Assembly (NCBI GenBank): GCA_002189035.1
Contig: NEEC01000024.1
Location: 124,001 to 188,000 of the forward strand
Direction: 5' to 3'
Length of the DNA stretch: 64,000 nt
Source of the DNA: Utricularia gibba
Lineage: Eukaryota > Plantae > Magnoliophyta
Positions 36,136 to 48,683 of this stretch are shown here, piece after piece (position 1 is the first letter of the stretch; each line of letters begins with the position of its first letter). The notes under the pieces are model-generated. The model saw only the letters and a program-made list of their open reading frames with translations, did no database searches and had not been told where the DNA came from. The translations under genes and the position numbers were made by a program.

Positions 36136-38911
36136 TCAAGAGTGTTCGAGCAATATCATGCTGGTGGGAGATGAACAGCGCGATACGGAACCCCGCATCA
36201 ATGACAGACCGGAAAAGAGGACGTAACGAGCGAACGGGGAACGAGGGGAACTGATATCCAAAATTCCCTCCGAAACCGGGGATGGCGAACTCGCGAGCCA
36301 ACAGGGAACTGAATCTTGGAGAAGGACAAGACATACCAGAAAGTTCAAGGATTGCCCATCAAATGCAGGGTAGTCCCCCCTATATTCGAGAAATCCATAT
36401 GATATCCGGAGGAACCGTGATGGATGTGTCCGGAAAGGAACGGAAGAGATATTTGAATGAAGTCAGAAGAGGAGAAGTTTTCGAAATCAGAAATGGTCCG
36501 ACTGAGAAAGCTGCTTGGGAAAAGGAAGAGATCAGCTTCTCCAATAGAGATGTCCCGGTTGGCCCAGCCGTGAGAGATGAACCCTTGGTGGTATCAGGAA
36601 TATGTGGGAGCACCAAGGTAAGGAGGATTCTTATCGATCAAGGATCCTCGTGCAACATCATGAAGAAGGAAGTGGCCGAGTTACTGGCGTCATCTAACGA
36701 GGGAAATATTTGCCATGTGCGCATGGAGTTGTACGCATTCGACCAGCGGGCCGTGCAAACTATCGGGAAAATAACCTTGCCCGTAACATTTGGAGCGGCA
36801 GGGCGGAGCCGAACCGAGAGATTGGAATTCTTAATCCTGGATTCAGAGATCTCGTACAACATCATCCTCGGGTGGCCTGGCATCAACCAATTCGGTATGT
36901 TACCCTCCACTGTGCATTTGAAAATCAAATTCCCAACATCGAAGGGCATTTGCACGATGGGTATCGACCAACCCACCGCCCGGTCCTGTTATATATCTTC
37001 TTGTTGGGACCCCTGCGCGAAAAAGTCGAGAGTGATGATGGTAGAAAAGGAACCCCCTAGACAAGCAATGGAACCAATAGGGTACAAGTCGGTGCAATTA
37101 ATACCAAAAAATGCGCAGAAAGCCACCCGCATCGGTGCCAATCTAGACGCTGGATTCGAGAAAAGGTTAGTTGAACTTTTGATGAAGAACACCGATATTT
37201 TTGCCTGGACTGCTGCGGATTATGTAGGCATTGATCGATCCGTCGCCGAACATCACATTGATACCTACCCGGGGGCAAAACCGGTTCGGCAGAAGCAACG
37301 ACATTTCTCAGAGGAAAAGTGCCGAATTATCAAAGAAAAAACAAGAGAGCTCTTGGAAGCTGGTTATGTGAAGGAGATCCAATACTCCGAATGGGTAACC
37401 AACCCGGTCGTCGTCCCGAAGCCCGGGGGAAAATGGAGGATGTGCATTGACTTCACTGACCTCAACGCCTGCTGCGAAATGGACCCTTATCCTTTGCCAA
37501 AGATCGACAAGCTAGTGGATATTGAGTTTAGGTCGAGAACAGCAATCAAGGCCCAACCTCTTGTTGATTTTGTGGTCGAAATGACCAGGCTTATAGACCG
37601 TTTCATGGAAGCCAATGATCGATGGGCTATGTACGTTGATGGCTCAACATACAACGGCGCCGGAGGAGGAATAGACATTAAGACCTGAGAAGGAGAGCAT
37701 ATTTATATTACGGTGAAATTCTTATTCCCTGCCTCCAACAATGTGGCCGAATATGAAGCCCTGATTGAGGGAATGAAAATTCCCAAGGAGCTGGGAGTGG
37801 CAGAACTCGACGTTTACACCGATTCACAACTTGTGCAAGGGCAGTTTTCGGGAGAATACGAAACCCATGACTCCCTCATGGCTCTGTACTGTGTCTAGGT
37901 GAAGGAATTGGCTAAAACCTTCAAGGAGTTCACCATGTCGCATGTAGCACGTGAGAAAAACGGGTCCGCAGATAGCCTCGCCCGATTCGCAGCGGGGTTT
38001 CAAGAGTTAAGGGAAGGAAGTGTGACAATTCGGTTGCGGAACCAACCTTCGGTGAGCTTACGAGCCGTGAATCATATCACCCAGCAACCGAGAAACGATA
38101 TCTCTTCACAACTGAGTCCCCTTGATGACTGGACGATGCCCTACATCCGGTATCTACAAAATGGGAAAACCCCATCTGATAAGCCACAAGCCCGACAGTT
38201 AGAGACTAGAGTGAAGAGGTATACGTTAGTGAATGGAATTTTCTATCGCAAATCCTTAGATGGACCCTTATTGAGGTGCATCAGGGCAAAGCACTCTCAA
38301 GAACTCATAACCGATCTACATGAGGGTGAATGCGGCAGCCATATTGGAATATGATCCTTATGCCGGAAAGTTCTAAGGACCGGGTACTACTTGCTAACCA
38401 TGAAGCAGGATGTTACCGATATGGTGAATAAGTGCAAAGTATGCCAATACCATGCAAGTATACCAAGAAAACCAATAAGCAAACTGACCTCTCTCCCACT
38501 CTCCTGCCCTTTCGACCGATGGGGGGTGGACATAATGGGGCCTATCAGAGAAGAGGACTAGGGGCTTATCAGAGAAGAACGGAGAAAAGTTACAACAACT
38601 CGATATCCCCAAGGGAATTCCATGAGGGAGATTTGGTGCTCCGAAGCGTCCAACCGCAAAGACACATCGGGAAATTAGACCGCAACTGGGAAGGTCCTTA
38701 TCGGATTTCAAGGGTGATCGGAAAAGGAGCATATCGCCTGGAACAATTAGATGGCGTGGAACTCCCAAGGTCGTGGAACGCATCCCATCTAAGGAAGTTC
38801 TACGCCTAACCGACTCAATATCAATCTCTGTCACAGGATTTGGCATTCTCTTCCCCAAAGCACTCATGCACCTATAAATTCCTCGGAAATGGAGATGGGA
38901 AAACAAAACAC

Positions 38912-39034
38912 AAGCCCTGGCCGAATCGCGTAAGCCCAGGCAGACCATTAAAGATTTAAAGCCCTGGCCGAATCGCATAAGCCTAGGCAGACCATCAAAG
39001 ATTTAAAGCTCTGGCCAAGTAACGTAAGCCCAGG
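38912..39034. repeat. 47-bp tandem repeat (~2.6 units) in the Tat 3' non-coding region
   Basis: AAGC(C/T)CTGGCC at 38912, 38959 and 39006. Confidence 0.85.
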
Positions 39035-39646
39035 TGAATCTCCTAAATCAGAGTCCCCTGTGGGATACAGCAAATCGACTCGGGGTCTCCCATGATATAT
39101 ATATGCGATCTACCAACCCACGCGTCAATAGCAAGAATAAGTCCTGGTACGATTCGGGCACCGGTTTATATAAATCGCACGCGTAAGCCCCAAAAAGCCC
39201 TTAAGTATTGACCTTATTATCGTAATCTCAAGGCGGCAAGAGCACCCGAAGCAAATCCACCCATGTTCAAAACAATGGGGTATGGCCAGAAGAGGGCCCT
39301 TTCGGATTGGGGAAGTCGCTCAACCCATGAGGAGTTCCGACCTACTTCCCTAGCAGCGGTTCAGCTCGCATGAGGAAACACTAAGTCATACTAAAATCAA
39401 AAAGCCCAATCAAAGGGTTGGAGAGGAGGCATTCACCCTCGAATCATAAAAGCATAGGCGAATCTCCAAGTCTAAGCACGTAATAGACACAGCAAACCAA
39501 CTCGGGGCTTCCCCCGAAATTGAACGTCACCAAAGGCAAAAGTGATGCACAAAAAACAGAGTAAATTAGAAGAAAATCCCGAACCGGGAGACCAAAATTA
39601 TCAAAAAAGCCCCATAGTAGGGGGAAAAACATCAAGTCAAAAACTA

Positions 39647-41891
39647 CTAAAGTACAGGAGGGGATGGGGGATTATCGGGAGGATTGGCAGAGGAACCGGT
39701 ATGCCGTTCCATCCTTGCCCTCAACTTGACATCATTCTCTCGCCCTATCCTCGCCCGAATTAGCGAAATCAGTCGCTCCCGATCAGCTTCGAACCCGAAC
39801 TCCGGGGCCTGGAAGGTATCCGCGATAACATCAAGCATGTTCTCATCCTTCGTCAGGGGGTTTATCCTGTCGAAGCGCGGATCCATGATTGAAAGCCCAA
39901 ATTCCCGGCTGAACTGTCGTCTCTGACGGTATAGAAGTAAGCCGATTAAATCTCCTGCATAGATATCGGAGAGTTCGGCAAAACAGGCCGAGTTGACAAA
40001 GTCATCCAGAAGACCCTGCCGAGATGCTTGTTGATCAAGTAATTCGGCCTCCAATGCTGAAATGCGGCCCCTGACATGCTCTAACTCCGCTTCTGCCTCC
40101 TCAAATCGGACTTTGAAGCCCTCTCTCTCTGATTGAGCGTCGTCAACCGCCTTTCCCATTTCCTCGATCACATTTCGCAGTTCTTCCTCCTGGCGGCTGC
40201 GTTTCCCTAAAACGGTTTTCAACGAACTCCCCTCCTCCTCCAACAACTTTATCTGGGCGCTCTAACCCACAAGTTAGGCCCGAAGCCGAGAGACTTCCTC
40301 CGATTGAGAGCCAATCTCTCTAACCATTCCCCACCCAAGAGTCAGAGCTTGAAAGAATATCCCTAGTCAAGGACCGACTACTTAGAATTTAGAAGAGGAA
40401 ACGGGATACGTACCTGCCAGATCCCTTCAAGTACCGTCTCCGACTGAACACCCGAGGTATTAGACATAGCTCCATCCAGGATTCCCCTTAGTTCAGCTGG
40501 AACTGAGGGTAGAGGAAGCACCGGGTTGTCCCTTACTTCTACGAGGGCAGAATCCCTCTGTAACTCGATTGGAAGAGCCGATGTTGAAGCACCAGTCGAA
40601 AAGAATCTTGCATCGGGAATAGGAGTATCGCTGAGATCGGGTGATGGAGGAAGCTTCTCTTTCCCTTTCCCGGCTGAAGGACGGGAAGTCAACTCTCGGG
40701 TCTCGGAGACTTCTACTACTTGATCTTCCCCCGAGGAAGGATCAGCGGCGTCCAACTGAGCTCCAATCGTATCAGCCTTAAAGAAAAACCAAAAAAAAAG
40801 GGGGGGGTTATAATCGGGAATTCGCGGTAACTGTTAAATAGGAGACAAACTGGTGCAGGGGAGGGATCCTCGGGTTCCTGCGCCCTCTGCATCTCGGCGG
40901 AGAACTGCGCCATCACCGAATCTTCTAGAGAGCTTCTCCGAGCCATCTCTTCAGCTGAAAACGAAAGAAGGAAAAGCAATAAGGCATAGTGCCGATTCTG
41001 AGACTCGAGAAAGCTGAACCCGACTACCTCTCTGCCTCTTTGAGGGTTTGTGCACAACTGTCTTAACCCTCTTCTTTTTCTTGAGGGCCCCGGTTTGAAC
41101 AGGTGGGGGAATTGGAGGTGAAGCCGGAACAAGAGGGAAGGATGAAGAGGGGCTAAGAGGAAGGCTCCTCGAATCGGTGCCGTCGAAAGGAATGATATCG
41201 GGCCAATGGAGGTCTCAAGAACGATCAATAATACCTGATCTTTTCAACGACTCACCCGAGAACATCAAGGCACGAGACTCATACCGAACTGAGCCCCGAC
41301 TAAGCCTCTCATAAAGGACTTCGCGAGATTCGGAAGAAGACCGATACGCACCCAAGATCTTGATCCTGAAAGGAGTTGGGGGATCGACTGGGAAGTTCCA
41401 CAGAGAACCCAAAGGGGGAGCTATCCAAACGAAAGAAGACCACCAATCATGGTGGGTATCGTGGGCTTTAACAACAAAGTTGGGGTTATCTTCAAATCGG
41501 CAGAATTGAAAGTGAGATCGGCCATCCATCGGGGACTTAGCTTTACGAACGGCTATCTTGAAGAGATGACAGAAGGCTACCAGAGTCATAGCCGGATCCA
41601 TACCGGCCGAATAGAAAAGGAAAGTGGTAAAGCAGAATATGGAATTCGGGGCAAGACAGTAAATCGGAATTGCAAAAGTATAGAGAAAACGGACTATTAA
41701 AGGGTGAAGAGGGAAGCGTAAACCGCTTTTGAAATATGCAATTGGAATTGGGAGACTGAACGGAGGCAGGGAGTCATTACCAACCCCCAAGGGATTTCAG
41801 TATCCCGAGCATGAGAAACCTGGTACTCATCAGGGATCGAGTACCGAATGCGAAGGGAGGGGATGTTTAGTTCACTAGATCTCCTACCCAT
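39647..41891 (-). pseudogene. Spliced antisense accessory gene of Tat copy C (4 exons, ~670 codons if repaired)
   Basis: Exons ~41891-41028, 40954-40851 (104 nt), 40776-40414 (363 nt) and 40348-39647. Introns are GT-AG, GT-AG and GT-AA (decayed acceptor). There are two in-frame stops early in exon 4. Confidence 0.8.
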
Positions 41892-42299
41892 TTTCAAAGA
41901 AGCCCAAAACCCTAGAACGAGGCAGGAGTTAGGAAAGGGGAAGGACTTAGAACGATAAGGGGGACCCGTCAAAAATCCCAGAAGACTGAACGGAAAAGAC
42001 GAAGAACAGAATGATACCTGGAAAATTGACGTTTTCTGACGGATATCGCGACGATCGAGCGGCGGACGAGTGTGACGGAGCACGAAGGGCACAAAACTCT
42101 TGCAGGCAACATAAAGGGCAAAGGAAAGAACTGACACGAAGGGCACTTATTTATACGGGAAAGGTTAGGGAGACGAAGCGTCGTGACGTTTGGGGTACCC
42201 AGAATGAGCGGGATAAAACGTGGCGTGCCAACGAGCCGACGCGTGGCAGAGAACGGCATGTGGCCTATTCGGGGGAAGCGGCAACTCAAGAATCAGTAT

Positions 42300-42895
42300 C
42301 GTAGTAGTTCTGATCCCCCGATTTACCTCGAAAAGGGCTAATATCGGCGAATCAGAGGGGTTGAATGATAAGGGAAAAATCGGCCAAGGGTAATCGGTTG
42401 CTAAAAGACTGCCAAAAGAGATCCTAGGGGATAACGCCAGACGACAGATCGACGTCTGTCAGAAATCTAACAGGTATGGCCATATGACACAGCTTGAAAA
42501 GCGGTCGAATTACGGCATAACAGGCGGCCGATATCTGAAAAGCGAGATCGTATAGCAGGAGCAGAAAGCAACCGATGTTTGCAGACACCAGAATTCGGTC
42601 AGAGTGAACTCCCCTATAAATAGACGGATTTATGACAAGAAAGGGGTTGGACTCAAAAAAGATTTCTTCAAGTTGTATTCTCCTTTTTCGCGACCTCCAT
42701 CTGGTGAAACTCTTTTCCGGCGAGCTCCGGCAGCTCCGTGGTTTTTCCGCTATTCGGCGGTTTCCACGTAAAAAATCCCTGTTCACTCTTATTTTAATTG
42801 TACTATCTGTGAAGAAGGTGACTAAGTGTGGCATTCCCGACCACGCTTATCACCTAAAATCGGCCTCTCACCGGATACCGATTTCACCCATAACA
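42300..42895 (+). repeat. 3' LTR of Tat copy C (~596 bp)
   Basis: Aligns to 15759-16334 and ends CCCATAACA. The first base is C rather than T. A purine-rich GGGGGAAGCGG lies shortly upstream. Confidence 0.88.
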
Positions 42896-45480
42896 GATTT
42901 AAAGGTCGTCAAAGAGTACATGTCTAGAGTATTTATATTCTAGAATTGGGGTACAACATTACAAAGCCCAAACTAAATTACAAGGAAAGTCCTAGCAAGT
43001 GCAAGAACACACATGAAGAATGGGGAGATGTTTTGGGATATAAGGTAGATGTAGACTCCAATAGTTGAACTCCTTTAATAAAAATACTTCAGGCCCAATG
43101 TTGATTCCAATAGTGTTGAGAATGTTGATGCAAGAAAGATAGAGTCTTGGGAAGTAACAAAAAGGTAATGCTTATGAGATCACCTTGGATGAAAAACAAC
43201 TCATGAATAATAAAAATGACCGAAAACCTAGTTGACACGCATTCCTAGTAGGCTTTATATATACCCAATACTTAAGTTACCCAACAGTGGGCCACAATCA
43301 TTGAAAACACACAAAAAGCTCAACAACTCGAACCCAACACTTCCATGCTCGAACCCAACTCCTTTTTATCTGAAACATGACATTATGACACAAGATTAAT
43401 GTTTCCAATCACCTTTAACCTTTGGATTGAGGCTGATCTCCAACAGAGAAGAGCATTGAGATTAGCTTCAACCATCTTGTTCTTACTTTTTGTAATTGGT
43501 CCCGATGGAATGAACTTTGTTTTTAATGTGTTCACTTGCACATCATCCTCATCATTCTTTACATACTCTTCATTAGCTTCCTAGGGCTCATCATCACCCC
43601 CCCCCCCCTTCTTTAGGAAGATTCATTCCTTAATCTGTATTTATTTGGAAAAGAGACAAATCAGCAACATTGAAAGTTGAATGAACATAATACTCACCTG
43701 GTAAATCTAGCTTGTATGCATTATCATTCACACGCTCAACAACTTGGAAAGGGCCATCTCCACAAGGTAGGAGTTTTGACTTCCTCTTGGTTGGAAATCT
43801 CTCTTTCCTGAGATGAAGGCAAACCCAATCTCCAGGTTCAAATACAACTTTGCGTCTACCCTTTTTTGCTACTGATGCATACTTTGTGTTGTTGGATTCA
43901 ATCTGTTGTTTCACCTTCTCATGCAATCTTCTGATTGCTTCAGCTCTCTTCTTGCCATCTAAATCAACTTTCTCATCACAAAGCAAAGGTATAAGAGGAT
44001 TAAAGCCAATGATGGAAGCAAATCCAAGAATTCTTGCATCAAGATTGGCTAATAGAGTGTGTCTCCGAGATAAAGCATCAGTAACCACATTCTCTTTACC
44101 TTTCTTGTATTTGATCACATATGGGAATGTGTCAATGAATTCCACCCACTTAACATGTCTTCTATTCAACTTTCATTGAGCCTTCAAATGTTTGAGAGAC
44201 TTATGATCATTGTGTATCACGAACTTCTTTGGCCACAAGTAGTGCTGCCATGTCTCCAAAGCTCTAACCAATACATACAACTCTTTTGTCATATGTTGGA
44301 TACTTGAGGGTGGCACCATGAAGCTTCTCACTAAAATAAGTAAGTGGACGTCCATTTTACATCAATACAGCATCAATGCCTAGACCTAATGCATCACATT
44401 TAATTTCAAAAGTATCAGAAAAATTTAGAAGTGATGGAGAGGTGTTGAGCAAAGCTTATCCTTGAGTTCCTACTCGTCTCCCCAATGAAATGCATGATTT
44501 TTCTTAATCAATTGAATAAGGGGTGCTGCTATAGAGCTAAAGTCCTTAACAAACCGTATATAGAAACTTGCTAACCCATGGAAACTTCTAACTTCACCAA
44601 CTGATGTAGGTGTTGGCCATTCTTTGATTGCTCTCACTTTCTCTTCATCAACAGCTACTTCTGCATCACTTACAACATATCCAAGAAAACAGACACTATT
44701 TGTGCAACATGCACATTTCTTAATATTAGCAAACAACTTTTGTTTTCTAAGAGTATCTAACACATTCTTCAAATGTCCTCTTGCTATAGATCAGAATATT
44801 ATTAAAATAAAAAAACTACAAATCTACCTATAAAAGGCCTAAGAACATGATTGATCAATCTCATAAAGGTGCTAGGAGCATTAATTAATCCAAAAGACAT
44901 AACAACCCACTCATACAAAAGAAAGAAAAGAGAATAAAGTGAAAGAACAAAGAAACACACGCAAGGTTTAGCACTCAATCCCCAAGCTTCAAGTCCTTGA
45001 TGCTCTGTAATATCATCATGCTTGACCTCATGGCACCTCAAGAATTAATCACTTTCAGATTGGTATTGATTATGGTGTTATGATGGGGTTAGGTGAGGGT
45101 GGCAGTGTTAATTGTCTCAAGATAGGGACAAAGGGGGATTGGTTGAATTATGTTGGTTGCTTGTTGCAATAGATAAATAGGAGTGATGTACAACAAGGTA
45201 AGAACAGATGAAAACAGAGGAATGAGCACTAAACAGATGAAAACAGATGAATTATGTTGGTTGCTTGCTTGTGAAATTGTAGAAATACAGGAATGTGCAA
45301 TCAACAATGAGAATAGTCAAATGGAATGACAGGGACAAGTAAATGACAGGGGATGGGGATTGAAGATAAGGAAAATAAAAATAAAGTAGTTGCTTGGTGC
45401 AATAGAAAAAGTAGAGAGGTGGGTCGAGTCACAAGGAAACACATACAATAGAGGATGATAGTGACAGGTGGTAAATGTTC
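42896..45480 (-). mobile_element. CRM module a: leader joined to an RT fragment, RH, a partly deleted INT, PPT and the proximal half of the 3' LTR
   Basis: KRKSKLLPCGDGPFQVVERVNDNAYKLDLPGEY. PPT (minus) AAGAAGGGGGGGG at ~43597-43612, then the LTR start TGATG. A CR-like motif GPITKSK..MVE lies inside the LTR. The leader is homologous to 51920-52430. Confidence 0.88.
43123..43445 (-). mobile_element. Solo LTR of the short-LTR copia family, TSD GAGAA
   Basis: TGTTG...CAACA termini with GAGAA on both sides. Homologous to 61636-61955. Confidence 0.95.
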
Positions 45481-45528
45481 ACCTTCATACTCCTTCTCTT
45501 TTTACACCCTTGAAGTTGATATTAAAGG

Positions 45529-48500
45529 TGATGAGATCATGGATGCTACAAATTATCCCATTGAAGATAAAGTCCACCAGATTAATAATCCTCCTTTGAT
45601 TTCAGTTGGGCCAATCAGTAGATCAATAGCAAGAAAGAATCAAGAAGTGCTTAAGAGCTTATGGGCCAATCAACCAAGATATGATGTGTTTGGCATGGAA
45701 TTCAACCTTCTCAAAGTAGATCAACTTGATTAGATAAGGGCCATTATGATGAGATCATGAATGCTACATATTATCCCATTGAAAATAAAGTACACCAGAT
45801 TAATAATCCTCTATTGATTTCAGTTGGGCCAATCACTAGATCAAAAGCAAGAAGGAATCACGAAGTACTTAAGAGCTTATGCCCAATCAACCAAGCTATG
45901 AGGTATTGGGTTGGAATTCAACATTCTCAAAATGCATCAACTTGATTAGAGAAGGCCCATTACTACCAAATACATTATTATTACTACTTTTCCTCTAATA
46001 AGGCCCAATCCTTCATCTATTTAAGAAGCCCTTACTCATGTTTTGGACAACTTTGATTGTAATCACTTTTGAGAGCTATTCTCCTTCCTTGAGTTCTTGT
46101 AGAACTTAGACTTATCAAGCCTTGCTTGTGGTGTCTAGTGTGTGGTTTATCACTCCCAATTCCTTCCTTGATTCTGTGAGTGTGGTACCATTTCATAGCT
46201 TGGTTTCCAAGGATCTTTCAATCCCTGAGGGTCAACTTGGGATTGCTTCTTTTCAACCAAGATCTGGTTTGCCAATCACTTGTTGATTTATGGGTCGTAT
46301 CAGGTGGTTTCAGAGCCAATTTTTCTCTTGTTCATATCCTATCTATCTGGTTGTGGTTTCGTTCTAAAAAAAAACCAAAAACTAGTGCAGATCTATCTTG
46401 ATTTGTTTATCTTTTCTTTTAGTCATCTCTTCTTCTGAAAGGAAAAACCAAGGGGGTTTCTTATCTTTGTCTCTTCCATCCTTTTCTTCTGCATTGCTGC
46501 AAAAAGAAAAAAAAACGTATTGAAGGGAGAAAGAAGGTTAGCAGGTGAATTTTCAACTTTTCACACACAAGAAAAGTCAAAAAAAGAAGTTAGTCATTTG
46601 AATCAAAATATTTACCTAACAAACGAAAAGTCAATATTGTACAACTTTGTCTATTGTCACACTTATATTTCATTTTAACTCTTTTCAATGATCTACCTAC
46701 CTCTTTTGTGTCAATCACAACAAGTTACACTCTATCCTTCCATTCCTACTCTTACTTATTCATAATTACTATTACCATCACCACGTCCTATATTGCTCAT
46801 TTTCTTTATCCCACTCATTACCCTAGCCACTCTTATCTCTTTGAACCACACTTAGATTGATCATTTAAGGTTTATTGAGTCTTAAAGTTCAAGAGGATTT
46901 GGTTTGGAAATTCTCTCTTTCTTTTACTTCTATCTTTCTGTTGTTGTTCTCTCTGCTTCTTTTTGTCTACACTTTTCTTTTGTAGTAGGATGTCAAGCTC
47001 TAATAACCCTGCAAAAGAATCAAATGTTATGGATGTTCGTTTCGTATTTAATGCAATGCAAAGTGAGTTCAGGAGACTGCAAAGAAGCATGGAGCAAATC
47101 CACATCAAACTAGAATAACATGATGAGTCTCTCAAGAACATCAAAAAGCAAGAATAGGACAGTGTCTCCTATGGAAGAACAAGAGTTCCAACACACGACA
47201 GCAGAAGGAATTCTCAACTAGAAAAAGATTCGGAATCTGAGGCTGAAGAGGCAAAGCATGGTGAACAAAGTAGAAACAATAACAACATCCCTGATGAGTA
47301 TGATTCATCTGGTGGTGATGATATAGAACGAAGATCTCAAAGAAATTGGAGGCAAAATCGTGGTGTGAGATATGATGAAAGACCAAGGGTAGACACACAC
47401 ATGAATACAATAAATTTGATAACATCAAGATGAAAATCCCTTCTTTTCAAGGGAAAAACGATCCAAATGCCTACTTGGAATGGGAGATTCGTGTGGAGCA
47501 TGTGTTTGATTGTCACAACTATTCTGAAGCCAAGAAGATCAAACTTACTGTTGTTGAGTTTACAGATTATGCCATAACTTGGTGGGATAAAGTAGTACTC
47601 AACAGAAGACGAAATGATGAAGAACCAATTCGCACTTGGGCTGAAATGAAGAGGATCATAAGAAAAAGATTCATTCCCGGCCACTATCAAAGAGATCAAC
47701 ACCAAAACTTGCAAAATCTCACCCAAAGGAGCAAAACCGTAGAAGAATATTGGCAAGAAATGGAGGTGTTAATGAGTCGAGCCAATATAATAGAGGATAG
47801 GGAAGCTACAATGGCAAGATTCCTTTATGGTTTAAACAAGGAAATTTCTCAAGTGGTCGAGTTGCAACACTATGTTAAGATTGAAGACATGTTGCACGTT
47901 GCAATAAAGATTGAGAAGCAACTAAAGTCTAAGGGACAACATAGAGACCATCCAAAACCTTCTACCTCGTGGAATGTTGCTGGAAGTAAGGAGAAGAAAC
48001 CAAATTATCCTTCATTTGGGAAATCAACCAAGTTTGGACCGATGAAAGAGGGCACTTAAGATACTAAAAACCAGGAAAGAGGATTTAAGTCTTCTGGACA
48101 AACACGAAATATCAAGTGTTTCAAATGTCTTGGCCATGGTCATATTGCTTCAAAATGCCCAAACAAGAGGACCATGATTCTAAGGGACTCTGGAGATGTT
48201 GAATCTGAAGTTCAGTGTGAAAGTGGTAGTGAAGTACAGGAGATAGATGATGGGGAACAACAACTTGTCATTGCTGAAAGTTTGGTAGCAAGAAGGACTT
48301 TAGCCATGGATGCTAAGCCAATGAAGGAGCAACGAGAAAACTTATTCCATACACGTTGCTTTGTGAATGGGAAAGTTTGTAGCCTAATAATTGATGGAGG
48401 CAGTTGTACAAACGTTGCTAATACTTTCATGGTGGATAAACTCCATCTTCCTACTCTTAAACATTCAAATCCCTTCAGGCTTCAATGGTTGAACGAAGGG

Positions 48501-48670
48501 AGTGAAGTAAAGATCAATAAGTAAGTTCTTGTTGCTTTCCAAATTGGAAAGTATCAGGATGAGGTTCTTTGTGATGTAGTATCCATGCATCCAAAAGACA
48601 TACTCTTGGGAAGGCTGTGGCAATACGATAGGAAGGTGATTCATGATGGCTATACTAACAAGTATCATGA
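45529..48670 (+). mobile_element. CRM module b (subfamily 1): 5' LTR with duplicated first 218 bp, PBS, gag, protease; truncated
   Basis: TGATGAG starts at 45529 and 45747. The LTR ends GTATCA at 46302, followed by the PBS TGGTTTCAGAGCC (46305-46317). MKIPSFQGKNDPNAYLEWE..FTDYAITWW; KCFKCLGHGHIASKCPNK; [13 protein letters not shown]. Confidence 0.9.
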
Positions 48671-48683
48671 TGAGGTTCTTTGT

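Larger units (their letters stand above)
36146..42895 (+). mobile_element. Tat/Retand-like element copy C: 5' LTR and most of gag lost; RT and integrase core deleted
   Basis: Colinear with copy B from ~9030. The ORF joins LPKIDKLVD to IEFRSRTAIKAQ (B ~10372 to ~11320), and the integrase jumps from B ~12340 to ~12903. 3' LTR at 42300-42895. Confidence 0.92.
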
